From Pristiophorus japonicus (taxonomy: Eukaryota), in contig NC_091995.1 of assembly GCF_044704955.1 (NCBI RefSeq), forward strand, positions 47,430,001 to 47,494,000: a stretch of DNA of 64,000 nt. The letters run 5' to 3'. Below, in pieces: positions 1-11,700 of this stretch. Position 1 is the first letter of the stretch. Each line of letters begins with the position of its first letter. The position numbers were made by a program, and so were the translations under genes. The notes under the pieces were generated by a model. It ran no database searches. It worked only from the letters and a program-made list of their open reading frames with translations, and was not told the DNA's origin.

Positions 1-665
1 CATCTCAGTCCTAAATGGCTTAGCCCTTATCCTTAGACTATGTCCCCTAGCTCTAGACTTCCCCAACATCGGGAACATTTTCCTGCATCTATCCTGTCCA
101 GTCCCGTCAGAATCTTACAAGTTTCTATGAGATCCCCTCTCATCCTTCTAAACTCCAGTGTATAAAGGCCCAGTTGATCCAGTCTCTCCTCATATGTCAG
201 TCCCGCCATCCCGGGAAGCAGTCTGGTGAACCTTCGCTGCACTCCCTCAATAGCAAGAACGTCCTTCCTCAGATTAGGAGACCAAAACTGAACACAATAT
301 TACAGGTGAGGCCTCACCAAGGCTCTGTACAATTGCAGTAAGACCTCCCTGCTCCTATACTCACATCCCCTAGCTATGAAGGCCAACATATCATTTGCCT
401 TCTTCACCGCCTGCTGTACCTGCATGCAAACTTTCAATGACTGATGAACCATGACACCCAGATCTCGTTGCACCTCCCCCTTTCCTAATCTGCCGCTATT
501 GAGATAATATTCTGCCTTCGTGTTTTTGCCCCCAAAGTTGATAACCTCACATTTATCCACATTATACTGCATCTGCCATGCATTTGCCTAATCACCTAAC
601 CTGTCCAAATCACCCTGCAGGCTTTTAGCATTCTCCTCACAGCTCACACCGCCACCCAGTTTAGT
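1..665 (-). mobile_element. CR1-clade LINE fragment (RT C-terminal region)
   Basis: ORFs 300-572 and 33-242 give MQYNVDKCEVINFG...QRDLGV...LYRALVRPHL and GLYTLEFRRMRGDLIE, typical of the CR1 ORF2 C-terminus. Confidence 0.9.
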
Positions 666-1705
666 TTAGATCGGTGTGAATGGCAGGACAATTATCAGCT
701 GCCATGGGAAAGAGACAGGGCAGGTGTTAAAAAAGCATGAAAAAGAGCTAATTATGGGCAGAGGTTATGGTTTGAAATTGTTGAACTCGATGTTGAGTTC
801 AGAAGGTAGTAAAGTGCCTAAACGAAGGAAGAGATGCTGTTCCTAGAGCATGCATTGAGCTTCATTGGAAAAGCATAGGAAGCCGAAGTACAGAGATGTC
901 GGAGCGGGAGTAGAGCGAGAATTAAAGTGATAGACAACCAGAAGCTCGGGGTCATGCTTACAGTCTAAATGGAGGTGTTCTGCAAAGCGGTCACAATATC
1001 TGTGTTTGGTCTCCGCAATGTAGACGAGACCACATCGCGAGGAGCGAATACAGTCTACTAAATTGAAAGAAGTACAAGTAAATCGCTGCTTCACCTGGAA
1101 GGAGTATTTGGCGCCGTGGACAGTAGGAATGGAGGAGGTAAAAGGGCAGATGTTGCATCTCCTGCACTTGCATGAGAAGGTGCTGTGGGAAGGTGAGGGG
1201 ATGTTAGGGGTGACTGTGGATTGGACCAGGGTGTCGCAGAGGGAGCGGTCCCTTCAGCATGCTGAGAGGGGAGGGGAGGGGAATATATTATTGCTGGTGA
1301 GATCACGCTGGAGGTGGCAGAAATGGCGAAGGATGATCCGTTGAATGTGGAGGCTGGTAGGGTGAAAGGTGAGGATAAGGGGAACCCTGTCGTGATTCTG
1401 AGAGGGAGGGGAAGGGGTGAGCGCAGAAGTGCGAGAAATGGAACAGACACAGTAGAGGGGAATCCTCAGTTGAGGAAAAGGGAAGACATAGCAGAGCAAT
1501 AATGTGGAAGCTGGCATCTTCACAGTAGATGCGACGGAGATGGAAAAATTGGGAGAATGGTCTGGAGTCCTTACAGGAAGCAGGGTGGGAGGAAGTGTAG
1601 TCCAGGTAGCTGTGGGAGACAGTGAGCTTATAATGAATGTTTGTCGATAGCCTATTCCCAGAAATGGAGACAGAGAAGTCAAGGAAGGGAAGGGAAGATT
1701 CGAAT
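666..1705 (-). mobile_element. Penelope-like element fragment (GIY-YIG endonuclease region)
   Basis: ORF 843-1094 FTCTSFNLVDCIRSSRCGLVYIAETKHRYCDRFAEH is a GIY-YIG signature; upstream RVPLILTFHP motif; 3' part resembles the element near 50300-50540. Confidence 0.85.
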
Positions 1706-2260
1706 ATTGAGGTCGTTCATTTTAGTAGCAGGAATAAGAAGGTGAATTATTCATTGGAATGTACAAACTAAATGGGGTAGAGGAGCTAAGTGATCTTGAA
1801 ACACAGATGCACAAATCGTTAAAAGTAGCAACGCAAGCTGATAAGACCATAACAAATGCAAACAAAGTACTCGGTTCATTTCTAGCAGAATAAATAGAAC
1901 ATAAAATAAGGAGGTAATGTTAAATTTGTACAGCGTCTTAGCTAGACCGGACTTGGAGTATTGTGGGCAGTTCTGGCCTCCATGCTACAAAAAGGATATT
2001 GAAACACTGGGGAAAGGACAGAAAATATTTGCAAGAATGTTATCAGAATTGGGAGGATGCAAAGATTGGAATGGGCTGGGGCTGCTTTCTTCGACACACA
2101 AGAGATTAAACAAAGCATTTTGGAGGCATTACCTTACACGCAGACTGATGAGAATGTGGAACTCACTGGGTGGACAGAAGTAATTAGATTAGGATAACAA
2201 CCCTATGGAGTATAACCACCAGATAGACCAGTTAGGCGAATGGCTGTTGCTGTATTGAAG
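1706..2260 (+). mobile_element. Degenerate CR1 LINE 3' fragment
   Basis: ORF 1917-2183 LYSVLARPDLEYCGQFWPP. Confidence 0.75.
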
Positions 2261-2819
2261 ATTCTATCTAACATGTAATTTTTTATAAATGGTTCAGACA
2301 AGTGGATGCAGAAACTTGGTGGAGCTAACTCAGAGCAGTGGTTATCGGAGGAGTAATAGGATTTACTTTGATATCAAATTTATTTCTGTATGAATGTACA
2401 ATAACTGAAAAATAAAGAAAAAGTTTACAGTTAAACTGATCATGAAATGATTGTTCTGTCCCAGGAAACTGGTAAGTTCCGTAAAACCTTTCATTGAGGA
2501 TGTTCTACAAATGGAATACTAATTCTTTCGGAGGAAGTGAAACTACAAGAGGAAGAGCCTCCAGGCGTGCATCAACCTCAGGGCCCACAGTCACATCTGT
2601 GTCACAAAACCGAGGGCTCGCATTCGTAAAAATACATTATAAAATGCTGATATCCTGATACAAAGACTAGCACATGGATAAAATGTCATTTTCACCCACA
2701 GGACCATGGCAGTCTATGGGAAAGTGGAAACATGGGAAGTTAGAAAAGTTAGTGGTACAATTTAGTTTTAAAAGAGTTATGCATTTGCTGGGAGAAATGT
2801 TAACAGGCCTCGTTCAAAA

Positions 2820-3825
2820 AAGGGTGCAAGGATAAAGCCAGCAACTACAGGCCAGTCAGTTTAACCTCGGTAGTGGAGAAGATTTTAGAAATGATAATCC
2901 GAGACAAAATTAACAGTCACTTGGACAAATGTGGAATAATTAACGAAATCCAACACAGATTTGTTAAAGGCAAATAGTGTTTAACTAACCTGATTGAGTT
3001 TGTTGATGAGGTAACAGAGATGGTTGATGAGGGCACTGCGGTTGATGTGGTGTACATGGACTTCCAAAAGGCATTTGATGAAATGCCAAGTAACAGAATT
3101 GCCAGCAAAGGTGAAGCCCATGGAATAAAAGGGACACTGGCAGCATGGATACAAAATTGGCTAAATGACAGAAGACGGAGAGTAGTGGTGAATGGTTGTT
3201 TATTGGATTGGAGGATGGTATAGAGTGATGTTCCCCAGGGGTCGGTACTAGGACCACTGCTTTTTTGATATATATATTAATGACTTAGACTTGGGTGTAC
3301 ATGGCACAATTTCAAAATTTGCAGGTGACGCAAAACTTGTAAATATCGTGAACAGTGAGGAGGATAGTGATAGACTTCAAGAGGACATACACAGTCTGGT
3401 GGAATGGCGGACATGGGACAGATGAAATTTAACATAGAAAAGTGTGAAATGGTATGTTTTGGTTGAACGAATGAGGAGAGGATATATAAACTAAATGGTG
3501 CGATCCTAAAGGGAGTACATTGATGGAGTGATCAGCGGGTATATGTGCACAAATCGTTGAAGGCGACAGGGCAGGTTGAGAAAGAAGTTAAAAAGCTTAC
3601 GGGATTATGGGCTTGATAAATGAAGGCATAGAGTACAAAAGTTTTGATAACATTTTATAAAAGACTGGTTCAGATTCAACTGGAGTACTGTGTCCAATTG
3701 TGAAGGACGTGAAGGCCTCAGAGAGGGTGGGGAGTGGGACTAGCTGAAGTGCTCTTGCAGAGAGCCGGCACGGGCTCGATGGGCCGAATGGCTTCCGTCT
3801 GTTCTGTAACCATTCTATGATTGTA
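2820..3825 (+). mobile_element. CR1 LINE RT fragment with 3' tail
   Basis: VDVVYMDFQKAFD and QNWLNDRRRRVVVNG motifs; ends in ttctatgattgtatg. Confidence 0.85.
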
Positions 3826-3846
3826 TGTTCACGGTTCAGGGACAGT

Positions 3847-3889
3847 CCTTGACAACCAGTGACGGATCCACATGTTTTACTGCGATTGG
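3847..3889 (+). promoter_or_regulatory. MHC-type X1-X2-Y promoter module
   Basis: CCTTGACAACCAG (X1-like), TGACG (X2/CRE, 3860-3864), 20-nt spacer, ATTGG (Y box, 3885-3889); about 110 bp upstream of a signal-peptide exon. Confidence 0.65.
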
Positions 3890-3996
3890 ACGTGAGCTCC
3901 TGCAGCGACCACATATGAGTGAAACTGGGCTCGGGTCCATTCAAACCGCTCAGTCTCGGCCTGTAACTGGGAGAGGCGGCGAGCGGACGGGACGGC

Positions 3997-4048
3997 ATGT
4001 TTCTGTCACTTGTACTGAGCTTCCACCACCTGCAAGCGGCCCTGTCTG
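3997..4048 (+). CDS. Orphan signal-peptide (leader) exon, MHC-like
   Basis: ggcATG then MFLSLVLSFHHLQAALS plus 1 nt, followed by GTGAGT donor; 52 nt and phase 1, the same length and phase as the MHC-I leader exon at 28227-28278. Confidence 0.65.
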
Positions 4049-4220
4049 GTGAGTAGCCGGTTCCCGCTGCACCACTGAATGTCCACAGACTCACCCTCTG
4101 ATCTTAGACTGAGGCGGGCAGGCCTGTGGGTTACATCAGGTGTTTCACAAAGGGAGACGGGCTAGTGTGTGCGGCAGTGAAGCGATGGAGCCGGATTGCA
4201 ATCTCCATCCTGTTTCTCAG

Positions 4221-4319
4221 CCTCGCCTCTCTCTTTGGTTGGATTAGATGGTGTCCATCACTGTCCAGCCGGCCTGACATTGCCGCCCAGTTATTGGGGC
4301 AGCTTCTGTGTTGAACCTG
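4221..4319 (+). other. Candidate 99-nt phase 1-1 exon downstream of the orphan leader
   Basis: Acceptor ctccatcctgtttctcag, donor CTG|gtaagc; open in frame with the leader: ASPLSLVGLDGVHHCPAGLTLPPSYWGSFCVEP. Confidence 0.3.
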
Positions 4320-4880
4320 GTAAGCCGGAGGGGGAATGACAGTGTGTGCCCGCACAGCGGGCTTGCAGGTCGGGATGTGTCAGTATAACTGCGATCCCAG
4401 TCCCGGCCTGACCCCCCGAGTGACCAGGAGCCCAGCGGCGAGACTCCTGCAGGAACGTGGCTCGGTCGCTTCGAGTTCACACTCCAGCCGGCGGGAAGCT
4501 GCACTTTAAAAGCTTCATTGTACCACTTGGGAACTTGAATACCTTTTAAAGCTTCCGATCAATGAGACAAATCATTAAATATAGAGGGGGAGGGATTGAT
4601 TTTAATCGCAGGGGGAACGGGTGCCAGCGACCCGGGAACCTATGTTGCACCTTCCGATTCGCGTCAGGATGAAGCTTTGAGGCGACCCGTACAGGTTCTG
4701 GTGAAGTTTGATCTCCCAGAGTTTACCCAGCTGTTTCGGACTGAGCCGCTGCATATTTGCAACATTTGCTGCTTTGATCAGATTTCCACCATGTGCAGTT
4801 CCACTCGGGATTGGTGATGCTGTGCGATGGGGTAAAGTGGGCGACAGCGAGTCCCGCCCGTTTCCCATCTTTCTCTCCAT

Positions 4881-5540
4881 TTATGATATAATTGGCATCA
4901 CTGAGACATGGCTCCAGGGTGACCAAGGCTGGGAACTCAACATCCAGGGGTATTCAACATTCAGGAAGGATAGACAGAAAGCAAAAGGCGGTGGGGTAGC
5001 GTTGCTGGTTAAAGAGGAAATTAATGCAATGGTAAGGAAGGACATTAGCTTGGATGATGTGGAATCGGTATGGGTGGAGCTGCGGAATACCAAAGGACTG
5101 AAAACTCCAGTGGGAGTTGTGTACAGACCACCAAACAGTAGTAGTGAGGTTCGGGACAGCATCAAACAAGAAATTGGGGATGTGTGCAATAAAGGTACAG
5201 CAGTTATCATGGGCGACTTTAATCTACATATTGATTGGGCTAACCAAACTGGTAGCAATACGGTGGAGGAGGATTTCCTGGAGTGTATTAGGGATGGTTT
5301 TCTCGACCAATATGTCGAGGAACCAACTAGAGGGCTGGCCATCCTAGACAGGGTGATGTGTTATGAGAAAGGACTAATTAGCAATCTTGTTTTGCGAAGC
5401 CCCTTGGGGAAGAGTGACCATAATATGGTAGAATTCTTTATTAAGATGGAGAGTGACACAGTTAATTCAGAGACTAGGTTCCTGAACTTAAGGAAAGGTA
5501 ACTTCGATGGTGGAGGCGTGAATTGGCTAGTATAGACTCG
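4881..5540 (+). mobile_element. CR1 LINE, 5' part (APE endonuclease), interrupted by the provirus
   Basis: YDIIGITETWL, GGGVALLVKE, GVVYRPP, MGDFN, SDHNMVEF motifs; CR1 sequence resumes at 16051. Confidence 0.92.
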
Positions 5541-6856
5541 TGTAAGGGGTTTTCTCAGGGAGTGTTGTTGTGCCTTGGGTGTCTCTCTCTGGGCTTCTGC
5601 CCTCACAGCTTATGCCTGGCCTGTGAGGTACCCTGAGTGCTGCAAGAGCACCCCTGGAGAGACTGTGCCCACAGCTTATGAAGGGGGTTTTTAGGCTCGT
5701 GCGTCCCCACAGATTATGCCTAGCCTGTGAGGCACCTGTGAGTGTCAAACACTCCTAACCCCTTCTTCCATAGCCTGTGGCATACAGTTGAGCATTTTCG
5801 AGGCGCTCTTAGCTTCCCTTACACGGTTCTGACATAAGACTCACGATCAGGAGATGTAATACAATAGAACTGAGACAAGGTGATTTCAAGAGGAACTTTA
5901 GGCTTCCAATTTATTTGACAAGGTGTATCTCAACAAACAGCAATACACCAACAAAACAATCCCCCTAAATCCCACTAAACGGACACAATGAAAATCTTTA
6001 CACAAGTTTAGCAGTACAATGCCCAACCTCCCACCTTTCCTGGCCTAACTGAGTTGGGAGTTCTGGGTACCAGAGGTTATACTCACTACTGTGCCTTCTG
6101 CAGTCTAGTGGTTTGTTTCTTCTATCTTCGGTGTCTTCGGACACTGGTTTTCCTTCAGTGTCGAGAGTCTTGCTGGTTGTGGTTGTTGGATGACGAGTGC
6201 AGGGAACCACACACACTGCGTCAGAAACCCCTTTTTATAGCCAGATTATCCAATCCGCCTCTCCTGCTGAAGTCGATTCTTCTCATTGGTGGACTTTGTG
6301 ATTTTGAAAAATGCAGCAGTTTTAGATTATTGCGGGTTTTTTTTCCACTGATGTTAACCTACTCAAGGTTTGAGTGGGTGTTGATTGCATTGGTCTCCTG
6401 TAGCCATTGTATAGGCCCTTGGGTTGTTTTGGGTTCTCTGGTTTCTAAGGTCTGCATAATTTTCCTTCAATTCAGTTTTTCTAACCTACTCAAGGTTTGA
6501 GTAGGTGTTAGTTGTGTTGGCCTCCTGTAGCCATTGTGCAGGTCCCTGGTTTGTTTTGGGTTCCCTAGTTTTCTAAAGATCTGCATAATTTCCTTCCATA
6601 GTGTAAACATGGGGAAGACAATAGTCCGATAATGGCTGTGAGTCAGTTCCAGTTTTCGAGCAAGTGCTCTCCCATTGGCTTGAAAGCCCCATATTTCGGG
6701 CTGACTCTGTCTCACCATTGGCCCTCCGGTGTCCTCCCCCGTCCAATCACTGCTCTGCCAAGGTCAAACTGTTATCGATTTCAATTCACAGCACAGACTG
6801 ATCCCACAGCCCTTTTCCTTCTGGGTAAAATGAGGGGGTTTTCGTCCTCCCCTACA
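5541..6856 (-). repeat. 3' LTR
   Basis: Matches 14731-16046 at a constant offset of 9190, about 33 substitutions by manual count; minus-strand AATAAA at 5910-5915. Confidence 0.95.
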
Positions 6857-6870
6857 TAATCCCCCATCTG
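6857..6870 (-). promoter_or_regulatory. Polypurine tract (short)
   Basis: Minus strand reads AGATGGGGGATTA directly before the 3' LTR start TGTAGGGG. Confidence 0.6.
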
Positions 6871-7235
6871 ACACAGTCAGACACCACTCGAGTGTGTCAA
6901 AGTTCAGGGTGCTGAGAAAACCCGAGGTCTCCCAAATTGCCCAACTTTCCCCAGTTTAACTCTAAACTGATCCCGTCGTTATATATCGTAATTCCTTTTA
7001 ATGCGGTACAAAACACAGAAATCCAACAGGTTACAATATACGACAGCAATATACATATATGTACTTAAGGTTACAGCAGCAATTGTACATTGAGTCTCAT
7101 TTCAGTCTTAACCGTAAAACAAAGAAACCTGCCCTGCAAACACCCCAGGGGCCATGTATGAAAACGCAGTCATCCCTGGGAATAATAAAACCGCCTAAGT
7201 GTCGCGGTCAAACTTTGTTTACACACCTTGAGTGT

Positions 7236-8368
7236 TTAGCAACGGCTCTCCTGTCTGTGTAGTAGCCTGAGGAACTGCTTTCTTTTTCTTTTTCTCCTGA
7301 GCTTACAGCGTGTAACTAGCAGATAAGCTACAATCAGGAGTTGGTCGATTACTAAGGCATACGCCCAAATCCCACCATGCTGGGGGTTTAATCTGGGCAA
7401 TCTCCCCTGCTAGAATTTCAGTTTTCTGCTCCATGGTGTAAAAATGTTTTTGAGACTAATCCACTGCCTGGAGGAGGGCTGTAAGTTTCCTGGTATAACA
7501 GCTCGGTTTCCCAGGAACACCACGTAGGTAGGCGGACTTCTGTCAGATTTAGCACCACTGATGCCACTGCGTAGTGTACCCCCTGATAAAGTAGTTTCTC
7601 GGTAGGGACCAACACTAAACCATTCCCCGGCCCCCTGGTTGTTGTCGGGCACTCGTGTGGGATGGTGGGCTTGGCCGTGGGTGGGGATTTTCTTTCCCGA
7701 ACTACAAGTTCGGCGGCGTTTACTGGTATCTGGGGATTGGGGGTTACACACGCTTCCCCGCTGTGATCCAATACCACCCCATCCCCGACATCCTGCCACC
7801 ACCTGTAGAAAGCAATGGAGAACCCCTCTGAACACACGCGAGTGCATCCCCACATACACAAATAAATTCCTTGGTTGTACGCCCACCATTTCTCCCAGCA
7901 CACCGTTACCCCGCCAGATGACCCCATGATGGTTCGGTAGGTATCATTATCCAGACGTTCCCAGTCCGAGTGTCGGTCTCCCATGTCCCTCTTGAGCTTT
8001 CTGAGCCACCACCACCGTCCCAGAGGTTTGTCCCCTTGGCAAGTTAGGCATACCTTCCTGCCTGCTGTCACTCTCACTCTGGAAGTGGCCACAGTGATCT
8101 CCGGGCAGGGGATGGAGGCCTCTCCGTAGGTAAAGTCCTTATGGTTGGAGTACTTGGTGGAGTTCGGTCCCAATCACCCAGGCCATCTCCCCTCGTGGGA
8201 GTAGGTGACCCGGCCATCTGCCGCCAGAGTCCCTTCTCCTGTGGTCACTGTCGGCGCTCTGCGCCCGGAGCATCCGAAAACCAGGGAGTCCTCGGTGTCC
8301 CCTCGGTGTCCGGTGCAGATCCTTAGCGATACCAGCATCACTGACGTCCAGTAGGGAGGTGTTGATAT
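7236..8368 (-). pseudogene. env: env-like gene with Ig-like N-terminal domain, internally deleted
   Basis: Splice acceptor tgttcttcttgcctttcag at 8369; ORFs 8174-8425 and 7418-8173 are in one frame separated by a TGA; after about 7487 other frames give a heptad segment LTALLQAVD*SQKHFYTMEQKTEILAGEIAQI, PPAWWDLG, a TM-like ALVIDQLLIVAYLLV and basic tail KLRRKRKRKQ. Confidence 0.75.
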
Positions 8369-8749
8369 CTGAAAGGCAAGAAGAACATGGCCTTGCCTTG
8401 AGAGACCTCTCCAGGCTCGGCCCACTTAATATGTTCCAAACACAAAAATGCTGTACCCAACCGTCACTGCCTTACCTAAACACATATGCACACAACACAA
8501 AGTAACAAAACAGGAAGGGAAAATATACACACCGCCACCCGTCCCCGGGTGGCCAGGCTATATCCTGTCACTGTACAGGTGTCGTCGACCACTCGGCTGA
8601 CCATACCCTGGGGACCAGGATGCCCTCTGCTGAGGGGCTCGTATTGTCCCCCTTAATGGGTCTGGTGCTGCCCTCCAAGGCCCTCCCGAGCCCTGGATAA
8701 TCGGTGGGAGACCCTTGCGAGCGCAACAAAGCACCCTCCCTGTTGTCTT

Positions 8750-11700
8750 TCACCTTCTCGGTCTGGGGCGGGGAACTAAGTAAACAGGGGACCACGGCGC
8801 CCTGGGTTGTGGCACTCTGTCACTCCTCCTTACTGTCAGTGCAGAGTCCCACGTTATGGGCTGCAATGCTATCTCCTCCACCTCTTGGGTTAGCCCCAGC
8901 TGATCCACCATGGGAGGTTCAGCTTCCCCTTGGACCTTGCTAATGGTAGAGCCTTTCTCCCTACTTCTGTTCGTGGGCTGGAAACCACTACCCAGTGGTG
9001 GGATAGCCTTACTGGAGCAGTGAACCAGCCCCGGCTTTAGAGCTTCGGGGCCCGCTCCCTCCTCCGGAGCCTCCAAATCCACCAGGGCCTGTTCTTCCCC
9101 CAGTGCCTGATTCCCTTCCCTTGCTCGTTCCCTCTGTTTTTTTACCTCTTTTGGGGTCAAACAATTTACACTGATTACTGTGATACCACTTCACCCGGTG
9201 AGGCAATCGAACCGCATAGACCATAGGGCTAGCCTTGTCGACTATGCTGTATGGTCCCATATACATTGGTTCAAATACCCCGACCCGGGCGAAGCTTCTC
9301 ACCATCACCTGGTCGCCCACCTCCCAATCATGGTGACTGCGGGGTTCCAGCAGCAGCCGATTGGCACGGTGCTGTTTACCCATGTTGTTGGCCGCCTGCC
9401 AGTGAATCTGTTGAAGCTGTTCAAACAGATTCCTGACGAAGCAGTCCCGGTTCACCTCTCGAAGTTGCCCTTCGATGAGAACCGGCGCCAACACATGCAC
9501 TGGGGTTCTCATGATCCGGCCCGTCATCAGCTCATGGGGTGAGTACCCTGCGCTCTTTGACTGACTGGCCCAGATTCCCATGAGGACCAACGGTAAGACC
9601 TCCACCCACTTGTTTGGTGAGTCTCCCGTCTCCTTGCGCAGCCTTTCCTTTAGGATCCGGTTCAGGCGTTCTACGGGGCCTGAGGACTGAGGGTTGTAGG
9701 CGACATGCCATTTGGCTCTTATCCCCAGCACCTTTAGGGTGGCCTGCATCACCTGGCCGGTGAAGTGGCTTCCCCGGTCGGACTCCACGATTTGAGGTAG
9801 ACCCCACCGAGAGAACACCTCCCTCACCAGGATTTTTGCAGTCCCCACCGCGGTAGCTGTTCGGCAAGGGAAGGCTTCCACCCACTTGGAAAACACATCC
9901 ACCAGGACGAGGCAGTATTTATAACCTCCCTGGGCGGCCGGAAGGGGTCGATCTGGATTGACTGCCATGACCCCTCTACCCGCCTGACGTGTCCCATAGA
10001 CACCTTCCTTTTCTGAGAGTCTGGGTTGTTTGCAGCGCAAACCAGTCAGCCCGCACAGAAGTTGCGGACGTCTTCCCGGAGGCCTGGCCACCACCCTGCC
10101 TTTTCTACCCGTTGCCAGGTAGATTCCGGCCCAGGGTGTCCCGCACCTGGACCCTCATGGGTCAGCTGAAGGAATTCCCTCCGGTGTTGTGGCGGCACTA
10201 CCCATTTGTCCCCTTTAAACTTCCCTCACAGCAATATCTACAGCACTGTATGGGCCCTCTGCCTTCTCCCCCTTTTTGATAGCAGCCATGGCAGCCTTCA
10301 GGATCGGATCCTCCATCTGGACTACTTTAAGGTCCGGGGCCGCAGCCGCCCCTACGCTCCCTTGTGTCCCGGGCTTGCTTCTTGCTGCTGCTATCCTGCC
10401 TGTCTCGTATGGGTCCCATGGGCGACCTGTACGAGCACCTTCCCTTGCCAGCAGGTCTGCCTGCTGGTTACCTTCCCCCCGTGGCTCAGTTTTGGAGTGG
10501 GCCTTTACCTTATGGATATATACATCCCCGGTTTCTCCCACTGCAGCCACGATCTTTTCTAGCAGGGGTTTGGTCACAAGGGGCTTCCCATCCGCAGAGG
10601 TGTACCCCCGGCGTGACCAAATCGCCAGATACTCTGTACACGAATTGCAAGTGAACATGCTGTCCGAGCAAATCGTGTGTGGGGTAGGGAATTCCTCGGG
10701 GTGTGTGACCACATACATCACCGCCGAGAGTTCTGCCTACTGGGCGCTCAGGGTGCATGGGAGTTTAAGAGCCAAGGCAATTCCTGCCTTGGGATCCCAA
10801 ACTCTGCAGCCCGTGAGTCTTGTACCCGCGGACACTGAACTGGAGCCATCAACGTCGATTTCGTGGCTTGTGGGGTGTATCCCTGCCCGAAATCCAAAGT
10901 TAATGTCCCATACCCCCTCCACAGAGCATCTATGCGGCTGCCCTGGATAGATTAAATTTGCTGCGAGCCTGGGCTCGCAGAGGCCCTTGACCTTTAAAGT
11001 CATTTTGGAGAGGAGGAGGGTCCAGCGAGTGATTCTAGCACTGCTCACTGTCCCGTCCAACAGCATCTGCGTCGGGGTATGATGGGTGAGGAGTGTAATG
11101 GGGGATATTCCAGTAAAGATCTGAGCTCTCTTTACTGCCCAGTGGGTGGCAAGCAAGTGCCTCTCACAATTGGAGTATCCCTTTTCTACCTCCGTGAGGA
11201 CCCTGGAGGAGTACACCACTGGTCTCAGCTGACCGTTTTGTTCCTGGAGCAACACTGCACTTAAGCTGTCACCACTGGCTGCCACCTCCAGGAAGAATTC
11301 CTCCCCCCCATCAATTGCCCCGAGGGCTGGTGCTACCTGCAGGTCTCTCCTAAGACGGACAAATGCTGCCTCACAGCCCTCGTCCCATTCCCACTCGACC
11401 CCCTTATGTAGGAGTCTGAGCAGAGGGGCGGCAGTGGCTGCATAGTCCTCGATGAAGTCCCTACAGTAGCCAGTGATTCCCAGGAAAGACCTTACCCCTG
11501 ACACATCCCTAGGGACAGGGAGTTCCTGCACTGCCTTTCTTCCAGCCTCATCAATGGCCCTTTCTCCTGCCCTTATCATCAGGCCCAGGAATTTTACCTC
11601 TCCTAGATCTATCTGGGCTTTCTTGGGGTTAACTTTAAAACCCCCTTCCTTCAATAAGACCAGCAGTTCGGCCAGCAGTGGACCGTGTTCCTCACTGCTG

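Noticed and set aside
4708-5535. 275-aa ORF as a host gene
   Set aside because: Non-ATG read-in to a 5'-truncated CR1 endonuclease
6054-6500. Antisense 148-aa ORF present in both LTRs (also 15244-15690)
   Set aside because: Non-ATG start and no recognisable motif; presence in both copies follows from about 97.5% LTR identity
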